This document shows, piece by piece, positions 10,258 to 21,844 of a stretch of 64,000 nucleotides of DNA. A model generated the notes under the pieces. That model did not search any database, had not been told where the DNA came from, and worked only from the letters and a program-made list of their open reading frames with translations. Source of the stretch: Mobula hypostoma (lineage: Eukaryota); assembly GCF_963921235.1 (NCBI RefSeq), contig NC_086108.1:1984001-2048000 (forward strand), in the 5' to 3' direction. Positions within the stretch are counted from its first letter, which is position 1; every line of letters starts with the position of its first letter. Position numbers and translations under genes: made by a program.

Positions 10258-13045
10258 CACAAACTTTATACTTCATTGTCACCAAACAATTGGTACTAGA
10301 ACGTACAATCAAAACAGCGATATTTGATTCTGTGCTTCCCACTCCCTGGATTACAAATATTAAATATTAAAAACAGTAAAAATTAGTAAATATTAAAAAT
10401 TTAAATTATAAATCATAAATAGAAAATAGAAAAATGGAAAGTGAGGTAGTGCAATAAAACCGAGAGGCAGGTCCGGATATTTGGAGGCTACGGCCCAGAT
10501 CCGGGTCAGGATCCGTTCAGCAGTCTAATCACAGTTGGAAAGAAGCTGTTCCCAAATCTGGCCGTACGAGTCTTCAAGCTCCTGAGCCTTCTCCCGGAGG
10601 GAAGAGGGACGAAAAGTGTGTTGGCTGGGTGGGTCGTGTCCTTGATTATCCTGGCAGCACTGCTCCGACAGCGTGCGGTGTAAAGTGAGTCCAAGGACGG
10701 AAGATTGGTTTGTGTGATGTGCTGCGCCGTGTTCACGATCTTCTGCAGCTTCTTCCGGTCTTGGACAGGACAACTTCCATACCAGGTTGTGATGCACCCT
10801 AGAAGAATGCTTTCTACGGTGCATCTATAAAAATTAGTGAGGGTTTTAGGGGACAGGCCAAATTTCTTTAGTTTTCTCAGGAAGTAAAGGCGCTGGTGGG
10901 CCTTCTTGGCAGTGGACTCTGCTTGGTTAGACCAAGTCAGGTCATTTGTGATATTGACCCCAAGGAACTTAAAGCTTTTGACCTGTTCCACTTGCGCACC
11001 ACCCATGTAAATTGGGTTGTGTCAACAACCAATTCCTTCGTCTTGCTGACGTTGAGGGATAGGTTATCGTCTTTGCACCATGCCACCAGGTTCTTAATTT
11101 CCTCTCTGTACTCAAACTCATCATTACCCGAGATACAATTGCTGTGTCATCAGCAAACTTATATATTGAGTTTGATGGAAACTTGGCTACACAATCATGG
11201 GTGTACAGTGAGTACAGCAGGGGGCTGAGTACACAGCCTTGTAGGGCACCAGTGCTCAGAGTGATTGTAGAGGAGAGCTTGTCCCCTATTTTTACAGCCT
11301 GGTTCCTGTCTGTGAGGAAGTTGAAGATCCAGCTGCAGATCTGAGTGCTAAGGCCCAGGTTCCGGAGCTTAGGAATCAGTTTATTTGGAATGATGGTATT
11401 AAAGGCAGAGCTGTAGTGAATGAAAAGGAGCCTTATGTATGTGTCTTTATTCTCCAGGTGTTCTAAGGAGGGATGTAGGGCCAGAGAGATGGCATCTGCC
11501 GTTGACCTGTTGCTCCGGTAGGCGAATTGCAAAGCGTCAAGGTTGACCGGTAGGCTGTGGTTGATGTGTGCCAAAACCAATCTCTCGAAGCACTTCATAG
11601 CAATTGATGTCAGAGCCACAGGTCGATAGTCGTTCAGGCATGCCACCTTCCTCTTCTTCGGCACCGGGATTATCATTGCCTTCTTAAAACATGAGGGGAT
11701 CTTAGACTGAAGCAAGGAGCAGTGGAAGATGTCAGCAAACACTCCAGCTAGCTCGCTTGCACAGGCCCGGAGGGCCCATCCCGGGACACCATCTGGGCCC
11801 ATCGCCTTCCTTGGATTTATCTTCAGGAATGCCCTTCTAACGTCCTCCTCGGTGATGATGAATCTCGATGCCACCAGGTCCGGTTCATCAGGAGGGAGCG
11901 GGACACTCCTCTTCTGTTCAAATCTTGCGTAGAATACGTTAAGTTCGTCAGGAAGAGAAAGCGCCACTTGATATTCCCAGCCTTTTCTTTGCACCCAGTG
12001 ATCTCATTCAGACCCTGCCATAGTCTACTGGCATCCCTTTGGTTAGCCTGGGCTTCCAACTTGGCTCGATATTGCCTCTTGGCGCCCTTAATGGCTTTCC
12101 GGAGTTCACGCCTGGATTCTGTGTAGCGACTGGTATCCCCGGACCTAAAAGCCGCAGCTCTAGCCTTCAAAAGGGACTTGACCTCATAATTCATCTGAGG
12201 TTTTTGGTTAGGGAATACCCGGATCGTCTTGCGAGACACACAGTCCTCTGTGCATTTCCAGATAAAGTCCATGACAGCTGAGGCATACTCATCGAGGTTA
12301 GCTGCCGAGTCCTTGAATACTAACCAGTCCACCGATTCAAAGCAGTCACGGAGGACCTCATCCGTTTCCTCCGTCCAACGCAACACCACTTTTGACACCG
12401 TGACCTCCCGCTTCAGTTTCTGTTTGTAAACCGGGAGGAGGAGTACGGCCTGATGGTCCGATTTTCTGAAGTGAGGTCGTGGGACGGAACGGTAGGCATC
12501 CTTGACTGCTGTGTAGCAGTGGTCAAGTATATTCGGGCCTCTGGTGGGGCAGGAGACGTGTTGGCATAACTTTGGCAGTGCCTTTCTGAGGTTGGCCTGG
12601 TTAAATTCCCCGGCTGTATAGAGCAAAGCCTCCGGATACCTGGTCTCAAGTTCACTGATATTGGCATACAGTATGTTCGGAGCACACTCCACGTCCATCT
12701 GGAGGGGAATGTAGATCGCTGTCAGTATGACCGAGGTGAATTCCTGCGTCAGATAGTAGGGACGACACTTCACCGACAGGTGTTCCAGGTCTGGGCTGCA
12801 GGAGCTTGTCAGTGCCACTGTGTCCGAGCACCACGCAGTGTTGATCAGTAGGCAGACACCACCTCCCCTCATCTTGCTCGAAGGCGCCATGCAGTCCATC
12901 CGATGGATCGAAAATCCCTCCGGTCGGATGGCACAGTCAGGGGTGGCAGGGGAGAGCCAGGTCTCAGTGAAACAGAATACACAGCAGTTCTGCATCTCCC
13001 TGCAGTAGGTGAGTCTCCCTTTAAGATCATCCACCTTGTTCGAGA
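10258..13045 (-). mobile_element. Near-complete Rex1/Babar-type LINE ORF (APE endonuclease plus RT), frameshifted
   Basis: APE motifs CFTETWL, ILDHCY and SDH (11823-13058); RT motifs GPDGVPG, NDYRPVALTS, QFAYR, SAFNT, QGCVLSPLLY, KFADDT (10969-11994); C-terminus FYRCTVESILLGCITTWYG (10506-11006). Three frames means it is inactivated. Confidence 0.92.
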
Positions 13046-13444
13046 CCCCAAGTGTCAATTATGTTCCTCCAGTATATTTTGTGTGTTACTGTGGATTTCC
13101 AGCATCTGCAGAATCTTTTGTGTTTATGTGTTAGGAGAGTATTTGCCAGTTTCCGTGATGAGACAACATAGAAATAAGACACAAGGAATAGCAAATCATG
13201 TGCTCAGATCAATATTACCTGGTGGAAAAAAGATGCAAATGCTAGAAAGCTGAAATAAAATCAGAGAGTGCTGGAAATGCTCACCACGTCAGTCAGCATC
13301 TGTAGGAAGTGAAATATTTTAGGTGTGGGAAATTTTCAGAGTGTATTCTCAACTTACCATCTGATAAAGGTTCTGAAAGTTGAAACAGTAACTGTTTCTT
13401 CTTCCACCGATGCTGCCTGATCTTTTTTCTAATTTAATATTGCT

Positions 13445-14120
13445 CACGGCAGCCGGTTAGCATGACACTATTACAGTGCCCGTGGCTCGGGTTCGATCCT
13501 CGTCGCTGTCTGTGAGGAGTTTGTATAGATCCATTCTCCCTATAACCAAAGTTTAAAGTACGTTTACTCTCAGAGTATGTGTGCAGTGTACAGAGATTCG
13601 TCTCCCCATAGATAGCCACGAAATGAAGAAGATGCCTGGGTTTCCTCTCACTTTCCAAAGACGTAGGTCACAAGGGTATAATTGGGGGGTATGGGCTCAT
13701 TGGGCCAGAAGGTCCTCCTACTGTCCTGCGTCTCTAAATAAATAAAAATACTAAGTGACCACTTGAGGTTGGAGTGAGGTGACTTGGTGCTTTTACAGAC
13801 CCTTGCAGCCCCTGGAGCCGCACCATCCGGCAATTCCCCCGGTTTAACCGCAGCTTATTCTCGGCACAATTAACCAACCAACTGGTCTTTGGACAGTGGA
13901 GGAAACCAGACTACCCGGAGGAAACCCATGCAGTCACGGGAGACCGAACAGGCAGTGGTGGGAATTGAACACTGGTACTGTAAAGCGTTGTGCTAACCAC
14001 TAGGCTACTGTGCCGTCCCACAGGGTGAACATACAAACCCCTCACAGGCAATGGTAGGAATTGAAGCAGGGTCGCCTGTAGTGTAAGGCGTTGTGCTGAC
14101 CACTACACCACTGTGCTACA
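13445..14120. mobile_element. Cluster of V-SINE/HE1-like fragments in both orientations
   Basis: Plus copy 13445-13745 (GGGTTCGATCCT...GGGTTTCCTCTCACTTTCCAAAGACG); minus copy 13865-14120 (GGAGGAAACC...CCCGGAGGAAACCC) with a duplicated head. Confidence 0.6.
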
Positions 14121-14359
14121 CCTTAGTTCAGGTTTTGCTTTGCTTTCTAACTTCAAAACATTAAACTCATTCAAATGAAGGCACAGGAGTCCAAAATGAG
14201 GGTCTAACTTTGAGGTTATTTGAAGCGAAGCGCATACATATCACGTGGTAGCCTGATGGTGTATGCAATTCACGGACTTATACGTATAACCTGCAACGAA
14301 TTATTTAAACAAACAAAAATGTTATGTATCCTCCAAGAGCACCACAACCTTGTTGTAGG

Positions 14360-14740
14360 GATTGGAGGCTTGCATACCCCAGTGACCCGGAGTCAGAGGC
14401 TGGAGTTGGGGTTTTATGCTTTGGCTCTTGGTGGGGTCACTCAAGCCAAACAGGTCAAAGGGTAGAGGCCAGACTAAGAGTGGTCCACCGGTCCTCCAGG
14501 TTTGGGGTTTATCTCAGGGCTAATAACCCTGACTGGTCAAACAAAACTGTTACGGAAACAGCAGTGAAGAATCCTTCTACACCTGAGTGCGACGGTATTC
14601 CTGAGTCTCCACCCGGGACGTGCTTGACTGACAGTAGTGAAAACCGAGAGGAAGCTACTGACATGATGAAGGAAGCCCTGAACACCACCAGAGATGGAGG
14701 ACCTTCATTGCTACCCTAAATGCCAAAGGCATAATGAGCA
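14360..14740 (+). mobile_element. Non-autonomous RTE-derived element, family A
   Basis: 5'-UTR-like part (GGTCAAAGGGTAGAGGCCAGACTAAGAG...GGGCTAATAACCC), RTE N-terminus-like TDSSENREEATDMMKE, fused to the RTE 3' end GATGGAGGACCTTCATTGCTACCCTAAATGCC...CATAATG. Confidence 0.65.
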
Positions 14741-15014
14741 GTTAGGTTTTATATTGATATACATACACACAAGATTACTCAGACATCACTTAAATATTTC
14801 ACTGAATAAAATCTCACAGCGTGGAGTTTGCACGCTCTCTCGGTTTCCCCAGAGTTCCACTTTCCTCCCACATCCCAAAGAGTTGTGTGTCGGAGTGTTA
14901 ATCGGCAACTGTAGATTGTGCTGAGTGTCTGGGTGAGTGAGGGGTAGGACTGGGGAGGGGTTGATGGGATTGTGAATGAGGGGGGACTAAAATGGGGCTA
15001 CGTGTGAAAGTAAA

Positions 15015-15240
15015 CTCAAGAAATTCTGTAGATGCTGGAAATCCAGAGGAATGCACACAAAATGCTGGAGGAACTCAGCAGGTCAGGCAGCATCTCTGGA
15101 GACAAATAAACAGCTGACGTTTTGAGCCGAGACCCTTCTTCAGGACTGGAAAGGTAAAGGAAAAGAAGTCAGAATAAGAAGGAGGGAAGAGGGAAGGAGT
15201 ACAAGCTTGCAGGTGACAGGTGAGACCGGGTGAGGGTGAA
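15015..15240 (-). mobile_element. PLE pseudo-LTR with hammerhead motif (15111-15148)
   Basis: Minus strand CAGTCCTGAAGAAGGGTCTCGGCTCAAAACGTCAGCTG plus the shared tail CCTGCTGAGTTCCTCCAGCATTTTGTGTG...GATTTCCAGCATCT. Confidence 0.75.
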
Positions 15241-15897
15241 AGTGGGTGGATGGAGGACAGGGTTACTTGCAGGTGACAGGTGAGACCAGGTGAGGGAGAA
15301 GGTGGGTGGATGGAGGACAGGGTTACTTGCAGGTGACAGGTGAGACCAGGTGAGGGTGAAAGTGGGTGGACGGAGGACAGGGTTACTTGCAGGTGACAGG
15401 TGAGACCAGGTGAGGGAGAAGGTGGGTGGATGGAGGACAGGGTTACTTGCAGGTGACAGGTGAGACCAGGTGAGGGTGAAAGTGGGTGGACGGAGGACAA
15501 GGTTACTTGCAGGTGACAGGTGAGACCAGGTGAGGGTGAAAGTGGGTGGACGGAGGACAGGGTTACTTGCAGGTGACAGGTGAGACCAGGTGAGGGTGAA
15601 AGTGGGTGGACGGAGGACAGGGTTACTTGCAGGTGACAGGTGAGAGCAGGTGAGGGAGAAGGTGGGTGGACAGAGGACAGGGTTACTTGCAGGTGATAGA
15701 TGAGACCAGGTGAGGGAGAAGGTGGGTGGACGGAGGACAGGGTTACTTGCAGGTGACAGGTGAGACCAGGTGAGGGTGAAAGTGGGTGGACGGAGGACAG
15801 GGTTACTTGCAGGTGACAGGTGAGACCAGGTGAGGGAGAAGGTGATAGATGAGACCAGGTGAGGGAGAAGGTGGGTGGATGGAGGACAGGGTTACTT
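15206..15897. repeat. 60-bp minisatellite, about 11.5 copies
   Basis: Unit CTTGCAGGTGACAGGTGAGACCAGGTGAGGG(T/A)GAA(A/G)GTGGGTGGA(C/T)GGAGGACAGGGTTA; units align line-to-line in the 60-column text; one partial unit near 15841. Confidence 0.97.
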
Positions 15898-16026
15898 ACT
15901 TAATTATTTATTTGAGATACAGCACAGAATAGTCCCTTCTGGCCCTTCAAGCTGCATTGCCATTAATCGCCCGATTTAATCGTGGCCTAATCACAGGACA
16001 GTTTACAGTGACCATTTAACCTACTG

Positions 16027-16392
16027 GGGTGGCAGGGTGGAGGTACGTCTCTACCAAAGGAGGTGTGAGGTGCTCCTTCCCTCCGCTAGCCTACAGGTCA
16101 CCCTTGGGCAAGGTGTAGCACCTGCTTAGCCCCCTGTCCCTGATCAGGGTCACATGAATTCCTGGGAGCAGGTGGTGGATGGTTGTACGAGCAGCTGGTG
16201 CAGATCACAAATCCTGGTTGTGTGACTATTGATGCCAGGCAGACAATCTTGAAGAGCATGAATCCTGGCTTGTAAAGACGCTGCCCCGAAGAAGGCAATG
16301 GCAAACCACTTCTGTAGAAAGATTTGCCAAGAACAATCGTGGTCATGGAAAGACCCTGATCGCCCACGTCATATAACATGGCACACACGAAC
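16027..16392 (+). mobile_element. Non-autonomous RTE/BovB-like element, family B
   Basis: Contains GAAGAAGGCAATGGCAAACCACTTCTG, which resembles the BovB/Bov-A motif AGAAGGAAATGGCAACCCACTCCAG; second copy at 5701-6055. Confidence 0.6.
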
Positions 16393-16560
16393 AAATTAAT
16401 TAACCTATCAACCAGCACATCTTTGGACTGGGGGAGGAAAATGGAGCACTGTAGGAAACCCACACGGTCACGGGGAGAACGTACAAACTCCTTACGGGCA
16501 GCAGTGGGAACTGAGCCTGGGTTGGCTGTACCGCAAAGCATTGTGCTGACCATGACACTA
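16393..16560 (-). mobile_element. V-SINE/HE1-like SINE
   Basis: GGAGGAAAATGGAGCACTGTAGGAAACCCACACGGTCACGGGGAGAACGTACAAACTCCTTAC. Confidence 0.65.
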
Positions 16561-16644
16561 CCATGAAGTCAGAAGCTGGGGGATGACAGGTGGAAGAGGT
16601 AAAGGGCTGAAGAAGAAGGAATGAATGAAGAATGAAGAAGAACA

Positions 16645-16820
16645 GGATACAATGGGGTCTTTTAAGAGACTCTTAGAGAGGTACATGGAGCTTAGAAAAA
16701 TAGAGGGCTATGTGGTGGGGAAATTCCAGGCAGCTTCTAGAGTAGGTGACATGGTCGGTACAACATTGTGGGCTGAAGGGCCTGTAATGTGCTGTAGATT
16801 TCTACATTCTATGTTCTATG
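16645..16820 (+). mobile_element. CR1 3' end inserted in a minus-strand PLE fragment (16570-16920)
   Basis: Homologous to 22740-22900 with a (TTCTATG)n tail; the flanks rejoin as PLE sequence AAGAAGAAGGAAT|CTGAAAGGAGAGGACAGTGGACC. Confidence 0.65.
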
Positions 16821-17744
16821 AATCTGAAAGGAGAGGACAGTGGACCATGGGAGAAAGGGAAGGAGGAGGGGAACCAGAGGGAGTTGATGAATAGGTGAGG
16901 AAAAAGAAGGGGTGAGAAGGAGTCTAGAATGGACTTTGCTTGGGCTACACCGAGTGTGCTGTGTGATCTTTGACAGTTGTGGCCTCCCCCTTCTACTCCC
17001 CCGCCTTCTTGTTCTGGCTTCTTCTCCCTTCATTTCTAGTCCTGATGAAGGGTATAAGTACATAACCTCAATTGTTCATTCCCCTTTCCAGATGCTGCCT
17101 GACCTGCTGAGTTCCTCCAGCATTTTGTGTATGCTGTTAGTGTAAATGGGTACACGTTATAGTGATGCAGGATCTCAACCTAAAACATGTACTACCCTTC
17201 TACCTTTGGCACAGCACAAGAGGAGGCCATTTGGCCCATCAGAGCAAAGGCAGCCCTTTTGAAGGTGTTCTGCAATCAGTCCCACACCAGCCAGATCTTT
17301 CCTCACAGACCAGCTCAGTCCATTGCCTCAGTTTCCATTTGAAGATTCCTGACGAATCTGGTTTCAGACAGCTCTCTAGCTCAGTGTCTCATCTTCCCTC
17401 ACCCCATCAACGTAGCTCTTGCAGAAAACCGCCGAGCCACGTCAAGCATCCTGCCTCAACAATAAAAAGACCCTCAAATCTTTTTATATCTGAAGTACGT
17501 GGGTGCACAACATCCAATTTGAGCAAGCCTGCTCCACGCCCACGCAAGCTGAGTGGAAAGCTGTGCACAGTCTGCAAAGGCCACCAATTCACCCAGCACA
17601 CAAGGTCTTTGATGCAGGTGGCATAGAATCACGGCTGGGTGGGGGGTTGAGGCAATGCCTCTCTCTTCTACCCATCCCAAACTGTACTCCCTGAGAATTC
17701 CGGCTTTAAAGATCGTCCACATCAATGACCAACACAGTCTGAGG

Positions 17745-18385
17745 GCGTAGATTCCAGGACTGCTTCATCAAGCACCTTTCCCCTGTCCGCCACAAAGGAC
17801 AGGATCTCCCAGTGGCCACCTGTTTTGATTCAATTTCCCATTCCCTTTCCGAATTGTCCATGTACTCTCTACTGCCACCATGAGGCCAACCTCAGGATGG
17901 AGGAGCAATACCTCATATTCTGCCAGGTAGCCTCCAACCTGACGGCATAAACATCAATTTCTCTAAATTCTGGTGATTCCTCCCCCTCTCCCTCTTTCTT
18001 TTTCCATTCCTCATTCTAGCTTCCCTCTTACCCCTTCTCTTCTCAACTGCCCATCACCTCCCTCTGCTTACTCTCCTCCCTTCCTTTCTTCCATGGCCCA
18101 CTCTTTTCTCCAATCATATTCCTCCTTCTTCAGCCCTTTAGCTCTTCCACCTATCACCTGCCAGCTTCTGACTTCATCCTCCTCCCCCACCCACTTTGCC
18201 CCTCACCAAGCCTCACCTATAACCTGATACCCCTTCCCCTAACCCCCATCTTCATATTTTGGCTTCTCCCCTCTTCCTTTCCAGTCCTGAGGAACGGTCT
18301 CGGACTGGAATATTGACCGTTTATTCCTCTCCATAGATACTGCCCGACCTGCTGAGTTCCTCTGGTGTTTTGTGTGTGTTGCTCT
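17745..18385 (+). mobile_element. PLE 3' fragment (GIY-YIG C-terminus, pseudo-LTR, degenerate hammerhead at 18282-18319)
   Basis: QDLPVAT...EANLRMEEQYLIF..GSLQPDGINI, homologous to 25290-25487. Confidence 0.75.
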
Positions 18386-18489
18386 GGCACATCGACCTGT
18401 AACCAAATCTCGGACTTCCTCTCTAATCATACCCATTTGGCGAAACTAGGCAAGTGCAGGTCAATCCATCCCTCAAACCCTGACACCAA

Positions 18490-19045
18490 GTGCTCTTCTC
18501 TACTCTCTCTTCACCTATGATGACTGCACTCCTGTTTGTGCTACAAACTCAAGCATCAGGTCTGCAGATGGCACAACTGCTTTGGCCTAATTGCAAACAA
18601 TAACAAGTCCAAACACAGGGAGGAGGTGCTGAAACTGTCTGATTGGTGCGGGAACCACAACCTATCACTCAACATGAAGAAGACAAAAGAAATGACTCTT
18701 CATCTCACGTTGGAGCTTCTGGACAGGAGTCTGTTCCATCTCCAGCCATCGGGTAGGAGATACAGAAACATCTTAGCCAAGGCAGTGAGACTGAAAAACA
18801 GCTTCTTCCCCAGGGCTGTTGTGTAGCTGAATATTGCTACACCCCGGCTTGCCAATGGCTTTTGAGTGTTACGGTCTATCAAAGTCACTTGTTGCATGTA
18901 AATCTGGATAAGCCGTATTGAATGCTTTGTAAATATCTGTTTTGCACAGACTGGAGTTGCACCATTAAGACAGCATCCATCATTAAGGACCCCCATCACC
19001 CAGGACATGCTCTCTCCTCATTGCAACCTTCAGGAAGGAGGTACA
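18490..19045 (+). mobile_element. Degenerate Rex-type LINE fragments
   Basis: WCGNHNLSLNMKKTKEM, LQPSGRRYR...LKNSFFP and ASIIKDPHHPGHALSSLQPSGRRYRS. Confidence 0.6.
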
Positions 19046-19064
19046 GGAGCCTGGAGGCACACAC

Positions 19065-19268
19065 TTGCCATGGTTGGAGGCTTGTGTGCCTCAATGACCC
19101 GGAGAGCTATGCTGGCTGGAGTTAGGGTCACTCATGCCAATCAGGTCAAAGGGTAGAGGCCAGACTAAGAATAGTTGACTGGCCCTCCAGGTTCAGGGGT
19201 TCAGCTCAGGGCTAACAACCCAGACTGGTCAAACAAAACTGTTACGGAAACAGCAATGAAGAATCCTT
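19065..19268 (+). mobile_element. RTE-derived family A element, 5' part; an RTE-type 3' end reappears at about 19860-19910 after a CR1
   Basis: Matches 14360-14578; GATGGAGGACTTCCGTTGCAGCCCTAAA follows the CR1. Confidence 0.6.
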
Positions 19269-19850
19269 AAGACCATAAGATACAGGAGCAGAATCAGGCC
19301 ATTTGGCCCATCATTTCATCATGGCTGAATGTTTTCCCTCTCAGCCTCAATCTCCAGTCTTCTCCCTGTATCCCTTCATGCCCTGACTAATGAAGAATCT
19401 ATCAACCTCTTCCTTATGTATACCCAATTACTTGGCCTCCACAACTGCCAGCGGCAACAAATTCCACAGATTCACCATCTTCTGGCTAAAGAAATTCCTT
19501 CTCATCTCCGTTCTAAAAGGATGCCCTTCTACTCTGAGGCTGTGTCCTCTGGTCTTAGACTCCCCCACCATAGGAAACATCCTCTCCACATCCACTCTGT
19601 TGAGGCCTTCCGATATTTGATCAGCTTCAACTAGATCACCCCTCATTCTCCTGAATTCTACTTAGTACAGGCCCAGAGCCATCAGACCTTCTTCACATGA
19701 TAAGCCTTTCAATCTCAGAATCATTTTTCTGAACCTCCTTTGAATCTTCTCCAATGTCAGCACATCTTTTCTTAGATAAGGATCCCAAAACTGCTCACAA
19801 TACTCCAAGTGAGGCCTCACCAGTGCCTTATAAATCCTCAACATTACATC
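19269..19850 (-). mobile_element. CR1 LINE 3' fragment
   Basis: YKALVRPHLEYCEQFWDPYLRKD; MRGDL...RRNFFSQKMVNLWNLLP; tail TCTTATGGTCTTA. Confidence 0.85.
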
Positions 19851-20109
19851 CTTCAGTTTCCGAGTGGCCAAGGACAGTCAAAGATGGAGGACTTCCGTTG
19901 CAGCCCTAAAATGGAGTATTGGCCAGTAAATACTATTGTGTTCGATACGTGTGTGGGAGGAAGCTGGAGCAACAGAGGAAACCCGCGTGCAATGGGGAGA
20001 ATATGCAACCTCCTCACAGAAATTGAATCCTAATTGCTCAAAGCAATGTGCTAACTCAACTCTTCACCATGGCAGCTTAATCCACCAGTACATTTCTTCT
20101 GGAGCATTG

Positions 20110-20620
20110 GACACAAAACGCTGGAGGAACTCAGCAGCTCATGCAGTATCTGTGGAAATGGACGATCAGCCCACACTTCAGGCCGAGACCCTTCATCGGG
20201 ACTGAGAAGGGGGAAGATACCAGAATAAAAAGGTAGGGGGAAGGGAATGAGGCTAGCTGGAAGGTGTTGGGTGAAACTGGGTGGTGGGAAAGGTCAAGGG
20301 CTGAAGAAGAAGGAATCTGATAGGAGAGGAGAGTGGACCCTAGGAGAAAGGGAAGGAGGAGGGGACCCAGGGGCAGGTGAGAAGAGGTAAGAAGCCAGCG
20401 AGGGGAACAGAAGAAGAGGGAAGGAGGAGGGAATTGTTTTCTAAACCAGATGGAGAAATCGATATTCACGCCATCAGTTTGGAGGCTACCAAGGAAGAGC
20501 ACAAGGATTTGCTCCTCCATCTTCAAAGGGTGGCCTCATCTCAGCACGGGAGACCATGGACTGATACGTCAGAGTGGGGATTAAAATGTGTGGCCACCGG
20601 GACTCCCGCTTGTGGCGGAC
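20110..20620 (-). mobile_element. PLE 3' fragment with degenerate hammerhead (20167-20204)
   Basis: PVATHFNPHSDVSVHGL, KMEEQILVLFLGSLQTDGVNIDFS, followed by the pseudo-LTR. Confidence 0.75.
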
Positions 20621-20639
20621 GGATCGGATAAAACACACT

Positions 20640-21010
20640 TCTATTCAGAGTCTGGGTGTTACCTATCACTGGCATACATATATGAATTGTGATGTTATTT
20701 AGCAGCAGCACAGTGCAAAGATGTAAATTAACTGTAAATACATAAACAGTGCAAAAAAAGGAAAACGAAGTCATGCTCAGAAATGGACTGTTTAGAAATC
20801 CAAAGGCGAAGGGGAGGAACTGTTTCTGAATCTATGTGTGTGCAGGGCTTCAGGCCCCAGACGGTAGTAACAAGAAGAGGGCGTGTCCAGATGGTAGTAA
20901 TGAGAAGAGGGCGTGTCCAGATGGTGAGGGTCCTTAATGATGGGTGCCATCTTCTTCAAGATGTCCTTGATGGTGGGGAGGGTGGAGCCCCTGATGGAGA
21001 TGGTGGAGTC
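20640..21010 (-). mobile_element. Rex-type LINE 3' fragment containing a 30-bp tandem duplication (about 20873-20932)
   Basis: LPTIKDILKKMAPIIKDPHHLD; GAAGAGGGCGTGTCCAGATGGT repeated at 30-bp spacing. Confidence 0.55.
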
Positions 21011-21015
21011 TACAC

Positions 21016-21094
21016 CCAGGGTTCCCAGCATTTTGATGCCATGGACCAACACCATTAAGCAAGGGGTCCGTGGACCCCAGGTTGCGAACCCCTG
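21016..21094. mobile_element. Small hAT/Charlie-type MITE
   Basis: Imperfect terminal inverted repeats CAGGGTTCCCAGC...GTTGCGAACCCCTG; 8-bp flanks GTCTACAC/CTCTACAG resemble the NTCTAGAN Charlie target duplication. Confidence 0.55.
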
Positions 21095-21844
21095 CTCTAC
21101 AGCATCTTGTGATCCTGTACACTGGAGCCTGTGTACCAGTCAGACCCTGGACTCACAGCACTGGGGCAGGAACCGTTATTACCCCTCCACTATCGGGCTC
21201 TTAAACCAAAGGGGGATAATTTCACTTCCCCCATTATTGAAATACTCTCACAACCTATGGACTCACTTTCAAAGACTCTTCATCTTATAGTCTTGATATT
21301 TATTCTTTATTTATTGTGGATTTATTGTCTACACCCACAAGTAATGAATCTCAGGGTTGTATATGGTGATGTATATGTACTTTGAAATTTAAGTTACTTT
21401 GAACTTTGCACTGTACCATACCTGTAGAAATTTGTAAGAGTGCTGGTGACAGTGAATCTCTTCAAACTCCTAATGTAGTATTGCCACTGGGATGCACAAT
21501 AGATGCTCTGAGATGCTGATATCCAGGAACATGAAGCTGCTGACCCCTGATCAGGATTAGTGTGCGTTCTCCCAAACTCCCCTTCTCCCCTTCCTCTGCG
21601 GCATATCTACCTATTTCAATGCACCTTTGCTATTTCAGAATCAGAATCAGGTCTAATGTCACCGGCATAGGTCATGAAATACGTTAACTTTGCAGCAGCA
21701 GTACAGTGCAGTACATGATAATAGAGAGAAAAAGAAAACTTTGAATTACAGTAAATAAATAGGTATAGAAAACATGGTTTAATTAATTAAATATATAGAG
21801 AGATTGTTAAATAAGTAGTGCAAAAAACTAGAAATAAAAAAACT

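Noticed and set aside
14453..14472. GGTCAAAGGGTAGAGGCCAG in RTE family A resembles the satellite monomer as an alternative origin
   Set aside because: Only a partial match; the in-frame continuity with the adjacent PLE explains the whole monomer and its variants better.
17500..17610. TQAEWKAVHSLQRPPIHPAHK may be a remnant of the PLE pre-RT motif (E..A..SL....I.PADKG)
   Set aside because: Too degenerate to call without an alignment.
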